The notes under the pieces: model-generated
The model's input: only the letters and a program-made list of their open reading frames with translations
Told to the model about the DNA's origin: nothing
Database searches by the model: none
In this document: positions 56,585 through 64,000 of the stretch, one piece after another
How positions within the stretch are numbered: position 1 is the first letter of the stretch
Layout: each line of letters opens with the position of its first letter
DNA from: the human T2T-CHM13v2.0 reference genome, Homo sapiens
Assembly (NCBI RefSeq): GCF_009914755.1
Contig: NC_060932.1
Strand: one strand, 5' to 3'
DNA: 64,000 nucleotides
Translations under genes and position numbers: made by a program

Positions 56585-56730
56585 AGGAAGGAAGGAAGGA
56601 AGGAAGGAAGGAAGGAAGGAAGGAAGGAAGGAAGGAAGGAGAGAAGGGAGGAAGGGAGGAAAGAGGGAGGGAGGGAGGGAGAGAGAGAGAATAGGGAAGG
56701 GTGAGGAGAAAAGGAGGAAGAAGGAAAGGC
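56585..56730. repeat. (GGAA)n and purine-rich low-complexity tract
   Basis: About 14 GGAA units, then GGAG/GA repeats. Confidence 0.95.
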
Positions 56731-57880
56731 AGGCAATGGAATGTGAGGCAAAGTATTTTTTAAATGCCTAAATCAATTTTTAAATGCCTAAAAAATTGTC
56801 ATTTTTTTAAATGACAGGAAGTTCAATCACTCTATTGAAAGACAAAAAACAACTACAATTAAGCTACCAAAATCTATGATATGCTGCTTAGAAGAGTCAC
56901 AAAAATATTAAAACGTTGCAAATGATTGAATGAACCTCCCAAAAGTTTCATGCTGAGAGATTTTACTTGTGATACCCATTAAATATTTACATATTGTTCA
57001 TTTCTTTGCCATGTAATCCATTTTAGAGCAATAAAAAGACCTAAATCTCTGAATCTATCCAATTCATTTTAGGGAACTACTGACTCTGATATAAAAACTT
57101 GATGAAAAAGTAGCACCCAAAAGCTAAATATAGCTAAATTAGCTAATTCACTAATATTGGTGTAAAAATCAGAAATAAAGCAAAATACTAGCAGAACAAT
57201 TCAACACAATATAAAGGATCCCCCATGACAAAGTGGGGCTTTATGACAAAAATTCACACACATTCTCACACACATACACACACATAGATATATGTATATG
57301 CATCTTAAAATAACATTCTACTTTATACTGAAAAAGATGTTGTAATTTAAGTTACATTTACAAGAAGAACAATTCTGCGTTTAAATTAATATTTTATCTT
57401 TTTCTAGAAGAGGAAGGTAGTTCAATAAAGCAAGAAACAGAAATCAATAGTATAACTAGTAGAAAGGACGAGAAACATTTTTACTTAAATATGATGTGGA
57501 TTATCAACCTCCAAACTCCAAGTAAGTAGGAAGAAACACTATTAGGCTTAATTATAAATTTTTTTAAATTTTTCCAATAAAAGTTAAAACTTTTATAGCT
57601 TTGTAATATACAAATAACAGGTGTAAAATACAGTGAAAAAATATTCCATTCAATAATGATAATATACCTAGTTAAAATACCTAAGAATAAGCTCAGTAAG
57701 AAATCCACAAACCTATCGTAGGACACACTACAAATTTTTATTCATAGAAATAAAAGATATGAATATATGAATAGATATAAGATGTTCCTAGATAAGTTTG
57801 AAGTTCACAACATGCCGATTCTTTACACATTATTAATTAAATATAATTTTTTCCCTAAGCCTCAAAGATCTCTTTTACTC

Positions 57881-58197
57881 TTTTGGTTTTTTGGGGTTTG
57901 TTTGTTTGTTTGTTTTGAGACAAAGTCTCGCTCTGTCGCCCAGGCTGGAGTGCAGTGGGGTGATCTCGGCTCGCTGCCACCTCCGCCTCCTGGGTTCAAG
58001 CAATTCTCTGCCTCAGCCTCCTGAGTAGCTGGAATTACAGGCACCCGCCACCATGCCCGGCTAATTTTTTTGTATTTTTAGTAGAGACAGGGCTTCACCA
58101 TCTTGGCCAGGCTGGCCTTGAACTCCTGACCTCATGATCCATCCGCCTTGGCCTCCCAAAGTGCTGGCATTACAGGCGTGAGCCACCACGCCCAACC
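57881..58197 (-). mobile_element. AluS (Sg/Sc-like)
   Basis: Full reverse Alu. TSD tcttttggttttt at 57879 and 58198. Confidence 0.96.
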
Positions 58198-59747
58198 TCT
58201 TTTGGTTTTTAATGATATTTTATATGCTTATGAGCCCAAAAATACACTCATAGCCTTGCCCTCTCTTATTCTATAGCCAGCTTCTCACTAGACATTTTTA
58301 TTTGGATGTGTCACAAGCATCTCAAACATAACTCTTGGTTTTCCACATAAAATTAATCCTATCTCTAGAAATGGGACATTACTATCTCCCAATTTACTAA
58401 ACCAAGAAATCCAGGAGTCATCATAAATTTCTTCTCTTTCCTTCCACCTCCAGTCTGCCACCACATTTTGTTGGTCTATCTCCAAATATACCTTGCATTA
58501 ATCTACTTTTCTTAATTTCATATGAAATATTCTAGAAATCACCTGTTTATGTCCTTGCTTCCTCTCTACCTGTAGCTCCAATGTAAGAATTGTCTTTTCA
58601 AAACATCAATGTAAAGTGTAAATTGCTACACTTTCATTTTAAAACTTCATAGCATCCCAATGCCCTTAGAGTAAATCCAAAGCTTTTGTCATTACCCATG
58701 AGGCTCTGCTGACTTCTCCTACCTCTTCTTTCTTTCACTGAAATGGTTCAGTAAAATGAGAAAAACAATCAATGAGCAGAATAAGAAATTTAACAAACAG
58801 ATTGAAATTATTTTTTAAAAACAGAAATTTTGGAGCTGAAAATGCAATGAATTAAATAAAAAATGCAAGAGACAGCATCGACGATGGATCAAAATTAGGT
58901 TACCTAAAAAGATATAATCAGAAGAAAGAAGAAAAAAAAGAATAAAATTGTGTAGCCTTTAAAATTTTAATTAGAAAGGATTTCTAATGACATGGTGAAA
59001 ATTTTAGGATTAAAGATGGATAAAAATTATGTATACAGGATTACTTTAGTTTTATTTTAAAAAATAATGCATTGGGAGAAAATGTTTGATTGTATATAAC
59101 TTTTCCTCCATCTTTATACTTTTCTGAACTTTGAATATATTGTTGATAACTGGAAGATAGAGTTATTAATTACAGAAATACATGAATCAAGATGAGATTG
59201 GGAGAAAGATAATACATTTAGTTTTAGACATGTTGGATTTTAGGCAACATATATATCCAATGTGAAATTTCCCAGCATAAAGTGTACTAAATATCATGAA
59301 AATGATGAAGACTGAAAGCATTTGTTCTGGAACTCTCCACAGAGACATTATAGAAAGCTGAAGGAATGAATAAAAATGTCCATGAATTAGGAACAGAGAG
59401 GACCAAGGGGCTAACCTCTAGGAATTCTTAATGACAAAAATAAAGAAGACAGAGAAATTGGTGATCAAAATGAGGAAGAGAGAGAGATGATCCTCTGACA
59501 TTTTCTACTACATATGTTTGTGGTACCTGTTGTTTATTTGAACCAAAAGCCTTTGTATTATACTCACAGATAGTCATTTTATACATAAGAGTAACTGAGG
59601 TATGCAATCTATCAAAGAGAATATCAGAAGGATCTATCAGCAGCAGATTTCAACAGCTTGCTTTAAGTTGTTACAAATTTTTGTAAGTTTTGGGGATGAT
59701 GCCCTCCCCATTAGGGATATAGCAAACAGTATCTCCCAATTAGATAG

Positions 59748-60127
59748 TGTCATGGTTTGAATGTATGTGTTCCTCCAGAATGCATATGTTGGACTCTAAA
59801 CGTTAAGGGGGTGGTATTAAGAAGTATGGCCTTTTGAGAAGTTATTAAGTAATTAGGGCTCTGTCTTCATTAATGGGATTAACACTTTTGTAAAATAGGC
59901 TTCAGAGACTGTCTGGCATTTTCATGACACATTTATTCCTTTTGCCCTTCCACCTTACACAGTATGAGGATGCAGAAACAAGGCACCATTTCGGAAGCAG
60001 AGAGTGAGCCTTCCCAAGATACCACATCTGCCAGCATCTTGATCTTGGACTTCCAAAATTCTAAAAATAAATTTATGTTGTTTATAAACTACTATATTTT
60101 TTATAGCAGCGTCAATGGACTAAAACA
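59748..60127 (+). mobile_element. MLT1A/B-type solo LTR
   Basis: tgtcatggtttgaatgtatgtgttcctcc…cttgatcttggacttcca…aataaattt…tatagcagc…gactaaaaca. Confidence 0.85.
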
Positions 60128-61773
60128 GAAATCAATCAACCACTTATCCATCAGCTCACACCCTCTTGGATGATCCATCTTTGACTCTCAAATCTCAGCC
60201 TCCAATTCCAACTTCCTAATTTCCTTTTGGAAACCACACAACACCCAGGATTGATGTAGAGTAAAAAAGGAAGACCTTAGTCACCGGTGATTAGGACTGA
60301 ATTAAGGGGTGGAAGTAGAAGTCAAGAGAATAAGGTGAAAACCTGTAAAGTGTGCAAAATTGCTTTATTGGAAATGGAAGGAGACAAATAAAAATGTATT
60401 CGCCATGGTTTCTCTTTAAGATAAGACTGTATGCAGTTAGGAGAATAACTTTTGTATGTCTCTTGGCCCAGGTAATACCAGTAATAAAGGGGAGAGAGAG
60501 TGTAATCCTGCTAATTCAAATTTTCTGTTCTGTTCTTTCCATGGAGTATTTAAATAAGGGTTCAACCTCCAAATATCCTTCTCCACTCACTTCATTCACC
60601 TTCACATTAAAAGACGCATACATACACACATACACAATTGTGTCAAGGAAATACTTAATGATCATCTATTAGAAAATGTCCAAAATTATTAGCCTGCATC
60701 AGGCTGTAACTGCATACATCCTAGAGGATGTGGTCCATAGATAAAACTAATCTTATGAAGTTTTACCTTTCCTGACTACTTTGTTCATTAATGATTTGCC
60801 AAATAACCTGAAATCTGCTTAAAATATGTCTTCTAAATATGATTATGCTCACTACTCTGTCCCATGCCCTAATGATCTAATGCATAGCACTCTTTTAAGT
60901 TGAGGCTGAAAGCCTCTGGAGGAAAATCATTATAGATTTCACAGTCTTCTAACTTCTTCAGGTATAACATTGCTACTATTTGAGCCAGACTAATTTTTAA
61001 AGTTTACACAGAATAGTCCCATTCAAAGCTACTCATTCCTCTCAACTTTACTTCTCTCTGATAGACTCCTAACAAAAAGAGCATCTTTCTGAAGATTAGC
61101 TTTGCTGTCAATTTTCTTTTCCAGTAAAAGAAACTTTGATGTAAAAATCTTCTCTGGAATCATAATTTCCTTGTATGCATTGTGTTCTATTTATGTTATT
61201 TTTAAATGTCTTAAAAATTCTAGTTTTTAGCCCTATGTTTGGGAGAAAGCATTATTAACCTTTTAATGATTTCTGTTTGTCAGGCTTTAAGACAGAAAAC
61301 ACTTACTCTTTATAAACAAACAGAAAAAAATGTGTAGCCATTGTCATTGTCTTTTGGTGATTTATCTTAAGTCTATGCAGAAGATTGGTTTTCTCTTTAG
61401 CTTTCCTCCATTATTTTTGCTAAATGTGTTAAATTCCTTCTTGACAACTGGAGGATTCAAAGTAATTCAAATGAGATTAGTTCACTGTGGTTAATACAAA
61501 AACCTTTATCTCCTAAAAAGTGCCAAAACTATTATCAAAAATTTCCAGAAACCAAATGCATTTTTACTGACCTTTATCCGTGTTGATACTTTCCCTTTTG
61601 CCTTGCTTTATTCACTGGCAATGCGGTGAAAGCACCTCAGCCTGACATATAAAAAGCCTTTTATAATTTCAGTACAGCATCTTCAATTTATTTACCCTGT
61701 AGCCTTCTCCATTAAATATAATATAGATTCTTGCCATGTAAATCTTTCTAATGCACAAATATATTCACATCAC

Positions 61774-62197
61774 TGTTAAATGAAGTTTAACCTAAAGCTG
61801 CCTCCTTACATATTTTAAGTTCAGCCTAAACATTTTTCTGTGCATCGTGAACTATAACAAGTGGAAGAGTAAACAGACCCCTCCACTTGTTAAATCTGTG
61901 GTAAACAGATTGCCACACCTGTGCCAATCACTGAGTTTTTGCCAATCAAATGTAGCTAACTGTTCGAACCATGTTCAAATAAGGCAGACGCTCACCTGTA
62001 ACCAATCCAGTTGTTTCTGCACCTTACTTTCATTGTCTATACATCACTTTCCTTTTTCTGTCCATAAATCTTCTACCACATGACTACACTGGAGTCTCTG
62101 AACCTACCCTGGCCCACAAGCCTGCTCGATTCACGAATCATTCATTGCTCAATTAAACTCCTTTAAATTTAATTCAGCTGAAGTTTTTCCTTTATCA
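61774..62197 (+). mobile_element. MER57-like ERV1 5' LTR
   Basis: tgttaaatgaagtttaacctaaagctgcctccttacatattttaagttcagcctaaa…tttatca, with TG…CA ends, three CCAAT boxes and ATTAAA at ~62152. Confidence 0.8.
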
Positions 62198-62199
62198 GA

Positions 62200-62221
62200 T
62201 GGTATCAGAAGCAGGGTTTGA
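62200..62221 (+). promoter_or_regulatory. Primer-binding site, tRNA-Leu-like
   Basis: tggtatcagaagcagggtttga lies 2 nt after the LTR and resembles TGGTGTCAGAAGTGGGATTCGA, the complement of the tRNA-Leu 3' end. Confidence 0.7.
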
Positions 62222-64000
62222 GTAGAGTTTCCAACAAACCCCAGGAAGACTGAGTGACCAAAGCAAGGTACCCACAGGATCCAATTGTGTCCATTGATCT
62301 GTCGGAGCAGCTGGGCAGCATTCTGAAATTCTCTCTCGAATTTCAGAGCTCCACAGATTTGTGTTTTGAGCTCTCCAAGTTTCTTTTAACAAATTCTGAT
62401 CCAAACTGGGCTTAAAGGTCATGACAGAAACTGGACTGGGTCCAGGATTGGATTTGATTTAGTAATCTGGCTTGAATCTAGTTAAAGGCCTCTTATATCT
62501 GACTGGATCAGAAAAAAAAGTAAATGGTAATATTGCAGGGGTTGCAAAATTTGGCTTTTGAAAATTCACAGGGATTTTCATGTTCTACACGTTTCCTTTT
62601 TCTTACGTGCTTCGGTAGGAAAAAAAAAATATATCATTGGCTAAGTTAATCAAAGGAACCTGAGAGCAAAGTCAATATCTTAGGTAAAAATGAGATCCTT
62701 AATTTACAAAGTACTGAGTTCCTTCTGGCTTATACTTGCATAAGTGTTAGGTCCCAGAAGCAGTGAGGTCTTATAGAAATGGCAAAATCTTACTTAATAT
62801 AATGTAGAGTGGAACGTTCCAAATGAGCAAAACTACACTGAAGTGCATTTGAAAATGAGGGCTCCCAAATTAGTCTCATCTAGGGGTGCCCATTGATATG
62901 AAGAAGCTTCTAAAAAGATTTGAATATTTTTATTTAAAGACTGTAAGAAGGACAAATAAAAAGCTTAAGTAACTAATTGGTTTAAAAAAATTAAATCTGC
63001 TAACTTTTTAGCTTAGGTACCATCCCAATTCAAAGGAAATAGACTGGAGCACCAATTGGCTGACTTTGGGTAAGTAATGGGGTACATTTTACCTGAGTAA
63101 AGGACGGAATTGGACTACAGACCCTCCCCTCAGTAAAGTCCCTCTTGGTTAAAAGTGGATTTGGCACCATGGGATGTTAACCACTATTCTCTTTGGATTA
63201 ATCTGCCGTGCACTCTTTGCTGACAGCTATGGGTGACAGGGATAGGCATGTACAGGACCAACAAGCAGCCACCTGAACTTTTGATTCAGTATCGCTGCAA
63301 TGTGTGGGTCTTTCTCTGGCCTCCCTGAGCTCCTCACCTTCTCCATACCCTGCCACAGGGAATGCTTGTTTTTTTTTCTCGTCTTTCTCTTTCCTATCCT
63401 TTCTGTTACTCAGGGCAACCATCTTACCCAGAGACCACATGTTGAAACTCCTGGTCAGATGTTGGATTAAAGATGACAGGGCTCAACTGGGGGCAAGTTT
63501 GAGTCTTTCCAGTTCAATATTGGGTGCTAAGCAGAATGGCTAATGTCTATGTTTTGTCACATGTGTTTTGCTCTGGACAGAGTGGAAAATGTTAATTTGA
63601 TTACCCCATGCAGCCCCTTGGACAGCATCTTACAAAATTGAGAGGTTTTGCCTGTGGTTCCCTGAAACAGAAAAATAATAATAATATTCTTTTGTATTGC
63701 AGCTTGGCTTCTAGGGCTACAGTGTGGTGAGCAGGGTTGCTAGGGCCTCTCAGGGAAAGGAAACCCAGCAGTCTGTCATGCCAGCAAAAGAGTAAAGATT
63801 ATTTACCAGTCAGACATCTAGCCTCTCTGTCTGTGCAAACTGGTTGAATGAATGGTAAAAATCATGATTCATCTCCTCTGTAAAGTTTTGATTAGTGCAA
63901 AAAAGGATTCTGAGGCTAGTCTTAGGCTGTAGCAAATCTCGTGTGCTTTGTATGTCTTCCTTTATGGTTCTATCATAAAGAGGGGTACCTTAGGCCAGAA
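62222..64000 (+). mobile_element. ERV1 (MER57/MER4-group) internal region, degenerate, running off the window
   Basis: Follows the LTR and PBS. MER4-group-like leader text with no intact gag/pol ORF visible. Confidence 0.7.

Overview
AT-rich primate (almost certainly human) genomic DNA containing AluS/AluY, L1PA/L1M, MIR/L2, THE1/MST/MLT1, MER21, MER57 and MER5/MER53. The window holds the 3' end of a + strand protein-coding gene that I cannot name. It has a probable phase-1 donor at nt 12, a 173-nt acidic coding exon (13469-13641), and a terminal exon from about 46773 with a ~0.95 kb 3'UTR and AATAAA at 47697. Repeat-rich intergenic DNA follows and ends in a MER57-type ERV (LTR, tRNA-Leu PBS, internal region). 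Almost all ORFs in the supplied track are spurious. The most unusual structure is a 315-bp inverted repeat (41819-42133 / 42713-43027; 313/315 identical by manual comparison) of apparently non-TE sequence. It lies in the last intron and encloses a THE1 LTR, and both of its mismatches would be A·C pairs in the pre-mRNA. Also present are a 36-bp-arm quasi-palindrome, several local duplications, nested and same-site retrotransposon insertions, candidate alternative C-terminal exons and a U13 snoRNA retrocopy. All family names and coordinates were assigned by eye, and repeat boundaries are approximate.
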